Below are positions 25,360 through 37,945 of a stretch of DNA of 64,000 nucleotides, piece after piece. The position numbers and the translations under genes were made by a program. Source of the DNA: Actinomycetota bacterium. Lineage in GTDB: Bacteria; Actinomycetota; Acidimicrobiia; Acidimicrobiales; VFJN01. The stretch is taken from NCBI GenBank assembly GCA_049325515.1, contig JBMOLI010000004.1:152006-216005 (forward strand), in the 5' to 3' direction. The notes beneath the pieces were generated by a model, which saw nothing but the letters and a program-made list of their open reading frames with translations, did not search any database and was not told where the DNA came from. How positions within the stretch are numbered: the first letter of the stretch is position 1; every line of letters starts with the position of its first letter.

Positions 25360-26964
25360 ATGACAGAACCGGCCTACGACGTCGTCATCGTGGGCGCCGG
25401 CTTCTCGGGCCTGTACATGCTGCACCGAGCCAGGGACGTCCTCGGGCTCCGAGCAGTGGTGCTCGAGGCGGGGGAGGGGGTCGGTGGCACCTGGTTCTGG
25501 AACCGTTACCCGGGCGCTCGCTGCGACTCGGAGAGCTACTACTACTCGTACTCGTTCTCGCCCGAGCTCGAGCAGGAATGGGAGTGGACGAGCAAGTACC
25601 CCGCCCAACCCGAGATCCTCAGCTACCTCGAGCACGTGGCGGACCGCTTCGACCTTCGGCGTGACATCGAACTTGGCGCGACTGTCGAGCGAGCCACCTT
25701 CGACGAGGCGGCGAACCGCTGGGTGGTCGCTACACGGGACGGTCGCGAGCGCACGGCACAGTTCCTGGTGACCGCCGTCGGCTGCCTGTCGGCTGCCAAC
25801 ATCCCGGACATTCCAGGCCTCGACCGGTTCGGAGGCGAGTGGTACCACACCGGGCGCTGGCCCCACGACGGAGTCGATTTCTCCGGCAAGCATGTGGGGC
25901 TGATCGGCACGGGCTCGACGGGGATCCAAGCCACCCCCGTGATCGCCGCAGAGGCGGCCTCGCTCACCGTGTTCCAGCGGACCCCGAACTACACCGTGCC
26001 CGCCCGGAACGCTCCCCTCACAAGGGAGCGGGCGGCGGAGATCAAGGCCGACTACCCCGCGATCCGCGAGCGCACCCGCAACTCCTACGGCGGATTCCCG
26101 TTCACGCCTGCGGCCCGCAGCGCGCTCGAGGCCACGCCCGAGGAGCGAGCGGCCGTCTACGAGGAGCTTTGGGAGGAAGGCGGCTTCAAGTTCCTGTTCG
26201 GGTCCTTCTACGATCTGCTGCTCAGCGAGGAGGCCAACGAAACGGCAGCCGAGTTCATCCGCGCCAAGATCCGCTCTATCGTGCACGATCCCGACGTGGC
26301 AGAGCTCCTCTCGCCCCGGAACCACCCCTACGGATCGAAGCGGCCCCCGATCGATACGGACTACTTCGAGACGTTCAACCGGCCCAACGTCACCCTCGTG
26401 GACCTCCGGGCCAATCCCATCGAGGAGATCGACGCGAGAGGCGTGCGCACCACCGCCGCCCACCACGACCTTGACGTCATCGTCTTTGCGACGGGCTTCG
26501 ACGCAATGACGGGAGCGCTGCTCGAGATGGACATCCGCGGCCGCGGCGGCCAGCAGCTCCGGGACCGATGGGCGGGCGGCCCCTCGACCTACCTCGGGTT
26601 GCAGGTGGCCGGCTTCCCGAACCTGTTCACCATCACCGGTCCCGGGAGTCCGTCGGTGCTGAGCAACATGCCCGTGTCCATCGAGCAGCACGTGGAATGG
26701 ATCGCTGACTGCATCGCCCACCTGCGTGTGTCGGGCAAGAGCACCATCGAGGCGACGCCGGACGCCGAGGAGGAGTGGGTCCGCCACGTTGCGGACATTG
26801 CCGGCCTGACGCTGTTCTCGAAGGCCGACTCCTGGTACTTGGGGGCGAACATCCCGGGTAAGCAGCGTGTGTTCATGCCCTACGTCGGCGGGGTGATGAT
26901 GTACCGCCAACGCTGCGACGAGGTCGCGGCGAAGGGCTACGAAGGCTTCGCCATATCCGCCTGA
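25360..26964 (+). CDS. type I Baeyer-Villiger monooxygenase (cyclohexanone-monooxygenase-like flavoprotein)
   Basis: GAGFSG, GGTWFWNRYPGARCD, BVMO fingerprint FGGEWYHTGRWP and GTGSTG. ATG 25360 is preceded by GGGGGG. Confidence 0.9.
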   Translation: MTEPAYDVVIVGAGFSGLYMLHRARDVLGLRAVVLEAGEGVGGTWFWNRYPGARCDSESYYYSYSFSPELEQEWEWTSKYPAQPEILSYLEHVADRFDLRRDIELGATVERATFDEAANRWVVATRDGRERTAQFLVTAVGCLSAANIPDIPGLDRFGGEWYHTGRWPHDGVDFSGKHVGLIGTGSTGIQATPVIAAEAASLTVFQRTPNYTVPARNAPLTRERAAEIKADYPAIRERTRNSYGGFPFTPAARSALEATPEERAAVYEELWEEGGFKFLFGSFYDLLLSEEANETAAEFIRAKIRSIVHDPDVAELLSPRNHPYGSKRPPIDTDYFETFNRPNVTLVDLRANPIEEIDARGVRTTAAHHDLDVIVFATGFDAMTGALLEMDIRGRGGQQLRDRWAGGPSTYLGLQVAGFPNLFTITGPGSPSVLSNMPVSIEQHVEWIADCIAHLRVSGKSTIEATPDAEEEWVRHVADIAGLTLFSKADSWYLGANIPGKQRVFMPYVGGVMMYRQRCDEVAAKGYEGFAISA

Positions 26965-26991
26965 CGACTGCAACCACGCGAGGAGCTCCCT

Positions 26992-27441
26992 GTGCCGATC
27001 CCCACCTTCGACGAGCGCTACGACGCGGATGTCGCGGAGACCTTCCTCAAGATGGGCAACGGTGCGGTGGGTGGCCTGCCGGAGTACCTAGGCATCGAGC
27101 TAGTGCGCTTCGAACCGGGCCGCCTCTGGTGCCGGGCCACCATCCGTGAGGAGCTGCTCACGCCGTTCGGCAACGCGCACGGTGGTGCAGTCGCCGCGAT
27201 CATCGACCACATCACCGGCGTAGTCGTGTACCCCCTGATGCGTCGCGGCCAGTGGGCGGCCACGACGGAGATCAAGCTCAACTACTTGGCACCGGTTCGG
27301 GCCGGCACGCTGGACACCGAGTCGACGGTTCTGGCCATGACCAACCGCAGCGCGGTCGTCCGTGGCGAGATCTACGCCGGCGATCGTCTGGTTTGCGCGG
27401 CCCAAGGCACACTCACGATCGTCGACCCGAAGCCGACCTGA
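26992..27441 (+). CDS. PaaI-family hotdog-fold thioesterase
   Basis: LPEYLGIELVRFEPGRLWCRATIREELLTPFGNAHGGAVAAIID. GTG 26992 is preceded by GAGGAG. Confidence 0.8.
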   Translation: MPIPTFDERYDADVAETFLKMGNGAVGGLPEYLGIELVRFEPGRLWCRATIREELLTPFGNAHGGAVAAIIDHITGVVVYPLMRRGQWAATTEIKLNYLAPVRAGTLDTESTVLAMTNRSAVVRGEIYAGDRLVCAAQGTLTIVDPKPT

Positions 27442-27450
27442 ACCCAGCGG

Positions 27451-28569
27451 TCAGTAGGACGGTGCGGCCCCGGTCCTGACAGGCGCTGGCTCGTTGATCA
27501 CAGGGTCGGGGGTCTCGAGGTCGTGGAAGCCGGACAGTATGTCGTTGCGGCGCGGGTGCCCGTCGAGCTGTGCCTCGATCACGGAGAGGAACAGCTTGCG
27601 GTTGCCCTGCCGCTTGCCTCCGAGGCCGAACATCGCTCGCATCGAGTAGTCCCAGCAGGCGTCGATCACGGTGGTTCCGGGGAGATGTCGGCCATCCTCG
27701 CCGATGAAGGTGCGGGCCCGCATCTCGGTGAGCGTGGTGCGGAGGTACTCCACGTGTGGAGCCTCGTCAGCACGGATGTAGCCCACCAGCCGCGCCGCCT
27801 CAGCGGCGTTTGAGCAGTAGCGCTCGTCGCCGACCACCTGCTCTGCCCAGCTGAAGGTGTTGGCGGCGAGGAGCTCGATGAGCAGCAGGCCTGTCATGCG
27901 AGTTATGGCCGACTCGAGCTGGAAGTCGATCGCTGGCACCACGGGGTCACCCATCCCCAGAGACTTGACCATGGAGGTCATGACCTCGCCGCCGTCGCCG
28001 TCAGCGCTCATCGTCTTCATGGTCAGCGCCAGCGGATCACCCACGTCGGGGTCGTCGAGCGCCAGGTCGCGCACGAGATACCACATCTGCTGGTGCCCGC
28101 CCTCGTCCTCGAAGCCTGACTCGTCGCGCGCGTGGGCCTCGTAAAGACCGCGGTTCAAGTGGTCCATCGCGGTGCCCTCGATCGGCTCGACGAACCGCGA
28201 CTGGAGATCCCCCAGCTCGACGAAGCGGATGATCGACCCGAACCCTTCGATCGTGCCGATGTGGGTCAGCACGTGAGCGAGCGGCGTGCGCACCCCCTCC
28301 GACAGCAGGTACTTCGTCTGCTCCACGTTCGGGTAGAACTCCGCGAAGAAGTCGGGCGGGCAGTCGATGAGCGGCATGCCTCCCGAGTCCTTCTCCAACT
28401 GCACCTGCCACGCCCGGATGGCGGGCCAGCGGTGCAGCGTCCGCGGCGACACGTAGGTGCCGGTGGCATCGAACCCACCGTGCATGCGCCGGCCACTGAG
28501 CACGAGCGGCTCCTCGTAGACGTGGCTGGCGAGAAGCTCTTCGGGGTCGTACGAGAGCTGGTCCGTCAT
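27451..28569 (-). CDS. hypothetical protein (372 aa) with a duplicated E...ExxH di-iron-carboxylate-like signature
   Basis: ATG 28567-28569 is preceded by GAAGGAGA. E118-x37-E156GGH159 and E232-x36-E269APH272 (hand-counted). I recognise no named family. Confidence 0.7.
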   Translation of the reverse strand: MTDQLSYDPEELLASHVYEEPLVLSGRRMHGGFDATGTYVSPRTLHRWPAIRAWQVQLEKDSGGMPLIDCPPDFFAEFYPNVEQTKYLLSEGVRTPLAHVLTHIGTIEGFGSIIRFVELGDLQSRFVEPIEGTAMDHLNRGLYEAHARDESGFEDEGGHQQMWYLVRDLALDDPDVGDPLALTMKTMSADGDGGEVMTSMVKSLGMGDPVVPAIDFQLESAITRMTGLLLIELLAANTFSWAEQVVGDERYCSNAAEAARLVGYIRADEAPHVEYLRTTLTEMRARTFIGEDGRHLPGTTVIDACWDYSMRAMFGLGGKRQGNRKLFLSVIEAQLDGHPRRNDILSGFHDLETPDPVINEPAPVRTGAAPSY

Positions 28570-28729
28570 CTGTTGGTCTCCTTCACGTCCGTCGGGCTCG
28601 TGCGGCCACGATGTCGTGGCAACTGCATTGGCGGTTATGACACTGTATCGTCCTTGTAGTATCGCGTCGGCGCGCCCGCGTCGCGGGAGGCCGTCATCGG
28701 GACGACCGGCGTCAGAGGAGGGAACCCCC

Positions 28730-29575
28730 ATGGAAGTGCTCGACGGCAAGGTGGCGGTGGTGACGGGCGCCGCAAGTGGGATCGGAGCGGCTCTCGCGGG
28801 TCGGTTCGCCTCGGAGGGGATGCGGGTGGTTCTGGCAGATGTGGAGGTCGACCCACTCCACGCGGCCGCCGAGAAGCTGGAGGCCGACGGTGCCGACGTG
28901 CTGGCCGTGCGCACTGATGTGTCCCGCGGGGACGACGTCGACCGCCTCGCCGCCGCGGCCGCTGAGGCGTTCGGGCCCGTTCACGTGCTCTGCAACAACG
29001 CTGGCGTGGGCGCTGGCGGCCTGCTCTCCGACCTCACCACCGAGGACTGGGAATGGGTGCTGGGGGTGAACCTCTGGGGCGTGATCCACGGCCTGCGGGC
29101 CTTCCTGCCCGGCATGCTGGCCCACGGTGAGCCCGGGCACATCGTCAACACAGCCTCGCTCGCCGGCCTGGTGTCGGCGCCGATGATGGGCCCCTACGGC
29201 GCCAGCAAGTTCGCGGTGGTGGGCATCAGCGAGGCGCTCTACCACGAGCTGCAGCTCACCGGGTCCCGGATCGGCGCCTCGGTGCTCTGCCCCGGGTGGG
29301 TCAACACGCAGATCTACGCCTCCGAGCGGAACCGGCCGGCCGGGTTGGGCAGCGCTGATGCGGGACAAGGTGTGCACGGCGATCCCCGAGCCGAGATGCT
29401 CCGCGCGATCCTGGCCTCCGGAATGGCCCCCGACGCGGTGGCCGACCTCGTGCTCGGCGCGATCCGGGACAGTCGCTTCTACGTGCTCACCCATCCGGAG
29501 ATGACGCCCGCGGTCGAGGCCCGCATGCGCGCCATCCTCGACGGCCAAAACCCCAACCTGTCTCTGACCCTCTGA
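28730..29575 (+). CDS. SDR family oxidoreductase
   Basis: GKVAVVTGAASGIGAA, NNAGV and YGASKFAV. ATG 28730 is preceded by GGAGGG. Confidence 0.9.
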   Translation: MEVLDGKVAVVTGAASGIGAALAGRFASEGMRVVLADVEVDPLHAAAEKLEADGADVLAVRTDVSRGDDVDRLAAAAAEAFGPVHVLCNNAGVGAGGLLSDLTTEDWEWVLGVNLWGVIHGLRAFLPGMLAHGEPGHIVNTASLAGLVSAPMMGPYGASKFAVVGISEALYHELQLTGSRIGASVLCPGWVNTQIYASERNRPAGLGSADAGQGVHGDPRAEMLRAILASGMAPDAVADLVLGAIRDSRFYVLTHPEMTPAVEARMRAILDGQNPNLSLTL

Positions 29576-29593
29576 TGTCTGCGCGGGCCGAGA

Positions 29594-29612
29594 CCGCCGG
29601 CGGCTTCGGCGG
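29594..29612. terminator. hairpin CCGCCG-7 nt-CGGCGG followed by AAAA, between convergent genes
   Basis: Read directly. There is no canonical U-tract for either transcript, so this is only a candidate. Confidence 0.25.
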
Positions 29613-29651
29613 AAAAGCGCGACCTTGAGCTCGCCGTCGAGATCAGGCCCG

Positions 29652-31460
29652 TCAGCGGAACTCGAGTCCCTCGAAGTCGCCGGACGAGCACCACTTCTTC
29701 AGGTACTCGAAGTAGGCAACGGGACCGGCCGGGTAGGCGAGGAGCAGCTCTTTGCCGAGACCACCTGGCTGGCCCTCGTTGTTGTAATAGCCGGGCGTGC
29801 AGTCCGAGGAACCGATGATCCCGGCCATGGCCCCGAGACCCGAACCTCCGTGCAGCAGCTCCATCCACCCGTCTTCTGCTGCCTTGGTGACCTCGACCTC
29901 GTCGTAGCCGCCCTTCACAGCGTGGCGGACTGTGGCGGCAATGGCCCGGCCCGCCTCGGTGAAGTTGTGGGGCACGTTGGAGATCAGGTTGGCGGCATGG
30001 GTGAGCTGCACGATGAACAGGTTCGGGAACCCGTGCACGTGGATTCCATGCTTGCTCTTCATGCCGTCGGCCCAGTACTCGGAGAGACGCACCCCATCGC
30101 GCCCGGTGGCGTCATAGCCCGACCGGGCCGTCAGCGAGGTGCCCACCTCGAAGCCAGTAGCGAAGATGATGCAGTCGAGCTCGTACTCCTTGCCGGCGAC
30201 CACGACGCCGTGCTCGGTGATGCGCTCGACGCCCTTGCCGTCAGTATCCACCAGCGTGACGCTCGGCTCGTTGTAAGCATGCAGGTACTCGTCGTGGAAG
30301 CAGGGCCGCTTGCAGAGCTGGCGGTACCACGCCTTCAGCTTCTGCGCAGTGTCCGGGTCCTCGACGATCGTGTCGACCCGGGCCCGGATCTCCTCCATCT
30401 TCTCGAAGTCGGAGTCCTCGAAGGCCGTCATGAGCCCTTCGGGCGTGAGCTGCTCGGCCGGCAGGCTCATGATCTTGCTGATGACGCGACGGGCCAGGTC
30501 GGTCCACCCGTCCATCACCAGATCCTCGGCGGTCAGACCACCCGTCTGGTTGAGTGTGAAGTTCTCAAGCCAGCGCTGCTGCCAACCCGGCTCGTTGATG
30601 GTGGCGAACCACTCGGGGTCGGTCGGCTGGTTGGCCCGCACGTCGACCGATGACGGGGTGCGCTGGAACACGTAGAGCTCACTCGCGTCCGTGGCCAGGT
30701 GGGGTATGCACTGCACGGCCGTGGCGCCGGTTCCGATGATGCCGACGCGCTTGTCGGCCAAGTTCGTCATCGGGGCGCCGTCGGCGTCGCCTCCTGTGTA
30801 GGCGTAGTCCCAGCGGCTTGTGTGGAAGGAGTGCCCGGCGAAGTCGTCGATGCCGGGGATGCCGGGGAGCTTGGCCACGTGCAGCGGGCCGGTGCCCATC
30901 CCGAGGAACTGCGCCGTGAACTCGTCGCCCCGGTTCGTGCAGATCACCCAACGCGAGGCGGCCTCGTCCCAGGTGAGGTCGGTGACCTCGGTGTGGAAGA
31001 GCGCCTCGTCGTAGAGGCCGTACTGGTTGGCGATGCGCCGGCAGTGCTCGCGGATCTCGGGACCGTGGGCATACTTCTCGGTGGGCATGTGCCCGGTCTC
31101 CTCGAGGAGCGGCATGTACACGAATGAGGCCGTGTCGCACTGAGCGCCCGGATACCGGTTCCAGTACCACGTGCCGCCGACGTCGCCAGCCTTGTCGATG
31201 AGCCTGACATCGGTGATGCCGGCCTCGACGAGGCGGGCCGCGGTCACGAGGCCGGCGAAGCCGGCACCGATGAAGGCGAACGTGACGTGGTCGGTCGTGG
31301 GCTCGCGCTCGACGAAGGGGGTGTGCGGGTCGACCGCGTAGTGGGCGAACCGACCGGTGAGGCGCTGGTATTGCTCGTTGCCGTCAGGTCGGAGTCGCTT
31401 GTCGCGCTCGGCGCGGTACTTGCCCTTCAGGGCCTCCTTATCGATGCTTGCATCCGTCAC
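29652..31460 (-). CDS. type I Baeyer-Villiger monooxygenase (long N-terminal extension, HAPMO-like)
   Basis: GAGFAG, GGTWYWNRYPGAQCD, FAGHSFHTSRWD and GTGATAVQ. GTG start at 31458-31460 is preceded by GAGG. Confidence 0.9.
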   Translation of the reverse strand: MTDASIDKEALKGKYRAERDKRLRPDGNEQYQRLTGRFAHYAVDPHTPFVEREPTTDHVTFAFIGAGFAGLVTAARLVEAGITDVRLIDKAGDVGGTWYWNRYPGAQCDTASFVYMPLLEETGHMPTEKYAHGPEIREHCRRIANQYGLYDEALFHTEVTDLTWDEAASRWVICTNRGDEFTAQFLGMGTGPLHVAKLPGIPGIDDFAGHSFHTSRWDYAYTGGDADGAPMTNLADKRVGIIGTGATAVQCIPHLATDASELYVFQRTPSSVDVRANQPTDPEWFATINEPGWQQRWLENFTLNQTGGLTAEDLVMDGWTDLARRVISKIMSLPAEQLTPEGLMTAFEDSDFEKMEEIRARVDTIVEDPDTAQKLKAWYRQLCKRPCFHDEYLHAYNEPSVTLVDTDGKGVERITEHGVVVAGKEYELDCIIFATGFEVGTSLTARSGYDATGRDGVRLSEYWADGMKSKHGIHVHGFPNLFIVQLTHAANLISNVPHNFTEAGRAIAATVRHAVKGGYDEVEVTKAAEDGWMELLHGGSGLGAMAGIIGSSDCTPGYYNNEGQPGGLGKELLLAYPAGPVAYFEYLKKWCSSGDFEGLEFR

Positions 31461-31525
31461 GTCGTGCCTCGGTCATCGCTCGCTCCGTTGCCGGCCCGTC
31501 GGCCAGCCCGGCCTCAATACATTGA

Positions 31526-31560
31526 GACGCAGTTGTAGTAATGATACACAAGGCTGCGTC
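31526..31560. promoter_or_regulatory. 35-bp imperfect palindrome in an AT-rich island (GACGCAG TTGTAGTA ATGA TACACAA GG CTGCGTC)
   Basis: The outer 7-bp arms are perfect (31526-31532 / 31554-31560). The inner arms match with one bulge. It lies in the divergent gap between the BVMO gene (29652..31460) and the thiolase-DUF35 operon. Confidence 0.3.
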
Positions 31561-31779
31561 GGCTGGCTCAGGGCGTGCCGCCCTGGCCAAGCTCGGCCGG
31601 TCAACCCAACCTGGCGGCCGTCGCGATGTTCCGCCAGCAGACCACTTCGTCTCCCCGGGCCGGGGGCGGAGAGGGGCGTGATTGGCTGCCTGCAGCTATG
31701 CCACATGGTATGAATCGTGTCGCACGACGCGCGATCGGCGCGCTGCCGGGCAACAGGTGATCCTGTGAAGGGAGAGCGA

Positions 31780-32955
31780 GTGAGCGTTGCCGGGACGGCG
31801 GCCATCGTTGGTGTCGGTGAGTCGGACTACGTGCGCGGCAGCGACCGCCACGTCTGCGAGCTCATCCTCGACGCGGCGATGGAGGCGATCAGCGATGCGG
31901 GGATGCGGCCCGCCGACGTCGACGGCATCATCCCGCCCCCCGGTTTCATCAGCTCCGAGGAGCTGGCGGGCCACCTCGGGGTGCCCGACGTCGCCTACAC
32001 CGTGTCGGTGCTGATGGGTGGTGCATCGCCCACAGCGGCGTTGCAGAGCGCGGCGATGGCGGTGTCCTGCGGCGTGGCGCGGGCCGTGCTGGTGTGCATG
32101 GGGTGGAACGGGTACAGCGCCCTGCGCCCCCGGCCCGACGCGCGCCCAACCCGACGCACGATGAACCTCGGTCCGATGGGCGAGACGGTCCGCAACTACT
32201 ACGCACCCTACGGACTCATGTCGGCTGCTCAGCAGTACAGCTTGTACCTGCGTCGCTACGTCGACACGTACTCCGTATCGACCGATGCCGCGGCCGAGGT
32301 GGCGCTGGCCTGCCGAGCCCACGCCCAGTTGAATCGCAAGGCCTTGATGCGTGGTCGTCCCCTCACCCGCGAGGAATACGACGCGGCGCCGTTCATCGCA
32401 GAGCCGCTACGCAAGTACGACTGCTGTCTCGAGACGGACTGCGCCACGGCTGTGATAGTGACCTCGCTCGAGCGCGCCCGAGACCTGCCCCACCGGCCAG
32501 TGGTGTACCTCGGCGGGGCGGAGGGCCACCCTGCTCCTGCCGACGAGATCACGAACCGCCCCGACCTGCTCGAGCTCGGCATCCACCGTGCCGCTCCGCG
32601 GGCGTTCGCCATGGCTGGGATCACACCGGGTGATGTCGACGTCCTCGAGATCTACGACTGCTTCACCTACGTAGTGCTCCTCCAGCTCGAAGCGCTGGGG
32701 TATGCCGAGCCGGGCGGGGCGGCGGAGTTCGTAGCCGGTGGAACCATCGGCCCAGGAGGGCGCTTCCCCATGAACACCCACGGTGGCCTGCTCTCGCAGG
32801 GCCACTGCTGGGGCCTCAACCACGTCGTCGAGGCGGCGCGCCAGCTCCGCCATGAGGCGGGGGAGGCGCAGGTCGCCGGTGCTGAGGTGGCCCTTGTCAC
32901 CGGCTACGGAGACTTCGGAGACGGCAGCATCGCCATCTTCGGGAGGGATCGATGA
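31780..32955 (+). CDS. thiolase-like protein, SCP-x / lipid-transfer (Ltp) type
   Basis: [12 protein letters not shown]...[30 protein letters not shown] 31780 is preceded by GGGAG. Confidence 0.85.
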   Translation: MSVAGTAAIVGVGESDYVRGSDRHVCELILDAAMEAISDAGMRPADVDGIIPPPGFISSEELAGHLGVPDVAYTVSVLMGGASPTAALQSAAMAVSCGVARAVLVCMGWNGYSALRPRPDARPTRRTMNLGPMGETVRNYYAPYGLMSAAQQYSLYLRRYVDTYSVSTDAAAEVALACRAHAQLNRKALMRGRPLTREEYDAAPFIAEPLRKYDCCLETDCATAVIVTSLERARDLPHRPVVYLGGAEGHPAPADEITNRPDLLELGIHRAAPRAFAMAGITPGDVDVLEIYDCFTYVVLLQLEALGYAEPGGAAEFVAGGTIGPGGRFPMNTHGGLLSQGHCWGLNHVVEAARQLRHEAGEAQVAGAEVALVTGYGDFGDGSIAIFGRDR

Positions 32956-33368
32956 AGGCCCACACCTACGTCCCCGAGCCCGAGTGGCTCAACCTCCAAT
33001 GGCACCAGGCCTCGATCGGCGCAGGGGCGCTCTGCGTCCAGAGGTGCACCGATTGCGGCCGCTGGAGGCAACCCCCGCGCCGGTTCTGCGCGTCCTGCTC
33101 GTCGATGGCGTGCGCCTTCGAGGCGGTGTCGGGTCGAGGCCGCGTGCTGACCTTCGCTGTCAGCTACCGCAGCCTGGATCCCGGCTGGGCCGCGTCGCTG
33201 CCCTTTGCCACTCTTGTGGTCGAGCTCGACGAGGGCCCCCGCGTCGTCGCCGCCACGGAGCTCGACCCGACCCACGTCCGCATTGGCATGCCAGTCGAGC
33301 TACGCATCGATCCCTGTGGCGAGGACTTCGCCTTGATCTGGGCCGACGCCAGCACCACGGATACCTGA
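32952..33368 (+). CDS. DUF35 OB-fold / Zn-ribbon protein (thiolase partner)
   Basis: [18 protein letters not shown] followed by [10 protein letters not shown]...[15 protein letters not shown] overlap with the thiolase gene. Confidence 0.8.
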   Translation: MKAHTYVPEPEWLNLQWHQASIGAGALCVQRCTDCGRWRQPPRRFCASCSSMACAFEAVSGRGRVLTFAVSYRSLDPGWAASLPFATLVVELDEGPRVVAATELDPTHVRIGMPVELRIDPCGEDFALIWADASTTDT

Positions 33369-33496
33369 ATCCGGGACAGAGCTCGTCCACCGGACCGCGT
33401 TGGAGGCCGACCGCGCTCTCGATCTGGCGGCCGCGTGACGCGTGACGCGCTCCCGAGCGTCCCGGCCACCCCGGGGGCGTCACTGCCGATGCGTGC

Positions 33497-34591
33497 TCAC
33501 GGAACCAGGACGCCATGCACCGGCGGTGTGGCGCGCTCGCCTGCCATCGTCTCGAGGAGCTCGGCCGCGCCGTCCAGACCGACGACGCGCCGGGGCAGCT
33601 CGGCGAACGGGTAGGTGCCTCGGGACAGCAGCTCGAGGGCGGCCCGGTAGGCGACGACGTCGACGCCGAGTGCACCGTGGAGGGTGACCTCCTTGTACAC
33701 GACGAGATCGGGGTTGAAGCCTCGGACCTCTTGCCCGCCACGGGTGCCGGCGACGACCATCGTGCCGCCCGCCCGGACGAGGGAGAGACCCTGGACGAAC
33801 GCGTCTGGCGCCTTGGCGGTGACGTCGACGACCACGTCAGCCCCCGCGGCGCCCGACTCACGGCGCAGTAGGGCGACGGCGTCCTCCTCGAACACATCCA
33901 CGACGAGATCGGCTCCGAAGTGCTTCGCCTGCTCGAGCCTCGGGTGGTCGCGCTCTCCCGCGCCGGTGACCATCACGAACGACGCGCCGGCCTCCTTGGC
34001 TGCGGCGGCTGCCGAGAGCCCGCGGATGCCGCACCCGAGGACAGCCACCACGTCCCCCACCTTGGTGCCGGGCACGGTGACCCCCCAGCGGATGCCCGCG
34101 CCCAGCGGGTTGAACGCCACCGCCAGCTCGGGGGTCAGCTCGGGGGGCACGGGCAGCACCATCGAGTCGGGATGGAGGTACTGGTGCGTGGCGTACCCAC
34201 CCCACAGCCCCGGCTTCCGCTCGACGTTGATCATCCCGTACATGTCGGCCAGCCCGTGCCGCTCGCAGCGGCGGTACTCCCCACGGCCGCAGGGAGGGCA
34301 TGCTCGGCACGACAGGAACACCTCCACCGCGACACGGTCACCCTGCCCGACGCCCCACCGCTCCGCGGCTCGATCCCCGATCGCCTCGATCACGCCGACC
34401 GTCTCATGGCCCGGCACGAAGGCGAACCCCGGGGCGATCGCTCCCGTGAAGAGCTCGTGGTCTGTGCCGCAGAGTCCGCAAGCTTCGACGCGCAGGAGCC
34501 CGTCGTCCTCCCCGATCTCGGGAAGGGGCAACTCGCGCGGCACGAGCGAGCGCGGCGCGTTGAGGACCAGCGCTTCAACAGTGCGGTTCAT
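33497..34591 (-). CDS. Zn-dependent alcohol dehydrogenase (MDR superfamily)
   Basis: CGLCGTDHELF, GHETVGVIEAIG, CRACPPCGRGEYRRC and GCGIRG. ATG 34589-34591 lies 6 nt after GAGGG (alternative ATG at 34597). The rest of tracked ORF 33497..35749 is antisense shadow. Confidence 0.85.
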   Translation of the reverse strand: MNRTVEALVLNAPRSLVPRELPLPEIGEDDGLLRVEACGLCGTDHELFTGAIAPGFAFVPGHETVGVIEAIGDRAAERWGVGQGDRVAVEVFLSCRACPPCGRGEYRRCERHGLADMYGMINVERKPGLWGGYATHQYLHPDSMVLPVPPELTPELAVAFNPLGAGIRWGVTVPGTKVGDVVAVLGCGIRGLSAAAAAKEAGASFVMVTGAGERDHPRLEQAKHFGADLVVDVFEEDAVALLRRESGAAGADVVVDVTAKAPDAFVQGLSLVRAGGTMVVAGTRGGQEVRGFNPDLVVYKEVTLHGALGVDVVAYRAALELLSRGTYPFAELPRRVVGLDGAAELLETMAGERATPPVHGVLVP

Positions 34592-34975
34592 GCGCATCCC
34601 TCGTTGAGATCGGACGGCGTCGTGACCTCCGGACCGGACACGGCGGTCGGGCCGTCGTCGTCTCCGCGCCCGTCGGCACTCATTAGGTGCAGAGACTAAG
34701 GGGAAGGTTTGCCGATGACACCCTCGACGCAGTGGAACGCTGAAGGCGGTTGCCGCCGGGACCGCCTTCCTGGCGGACGTACTCGCCGGGAACCACGACC
34801 TCGACGACGTGGCCGGGTGCGCCATGGCGGTCGCCGAAGGCCTGACCTCTCCGACGGACGTGCGCGGGTGCACAGCTTCAACTCGCCCGTGCCGGCACTC
34901 ATGCGACAGGATGTAGATGCTGTCTCGTAGAGCTGGGCTCGCCGGCTGGGGACGCCACGACAGAAGGGGGATCCA

Positions 34976-37685
<2,710 letters not shown>

Positions 37686-37945
37686 CTACGGTCTCGAGCG
37701 GCGTTGTGCGACACGTTGCATTGTCTGTCTCGTCCGGCAGGATGGCGGTTCGCCGGGCGGAGGCCGACCGAACCGGGGCGAGCATCGCCGCCACCTCACG
37801 AGGAGGAGCCCCCCACCAAGGGAGAACTCGGAACGACCCAAGCGCGGGTTGTGAGACATACCCTAGATGCAGTCGTGTGGCTCACCTCGGGGCCTCGTCA
37901 GCCGGAATGGAGGAGGGCCAGGTCTATGGCTTCGGGAGGGGCGGC

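Noticed and set aside
25318-26973. Minus-strand ORF of 551 aa
   Set aside because: It is antisense shadow of the BVMO gene, which carries all the diagnostic fingerprints.
28605-28620. 7-bp inverted repeat GCCACGA-TG-TCGTGGC in the divergent gap upstream of the SDR at 28730
   Set aside because: It is short and G+C-rich. By rough estimate it is expected by chance at about 0.2 per gap of this size, and no adjacent regulator gene would give it context.
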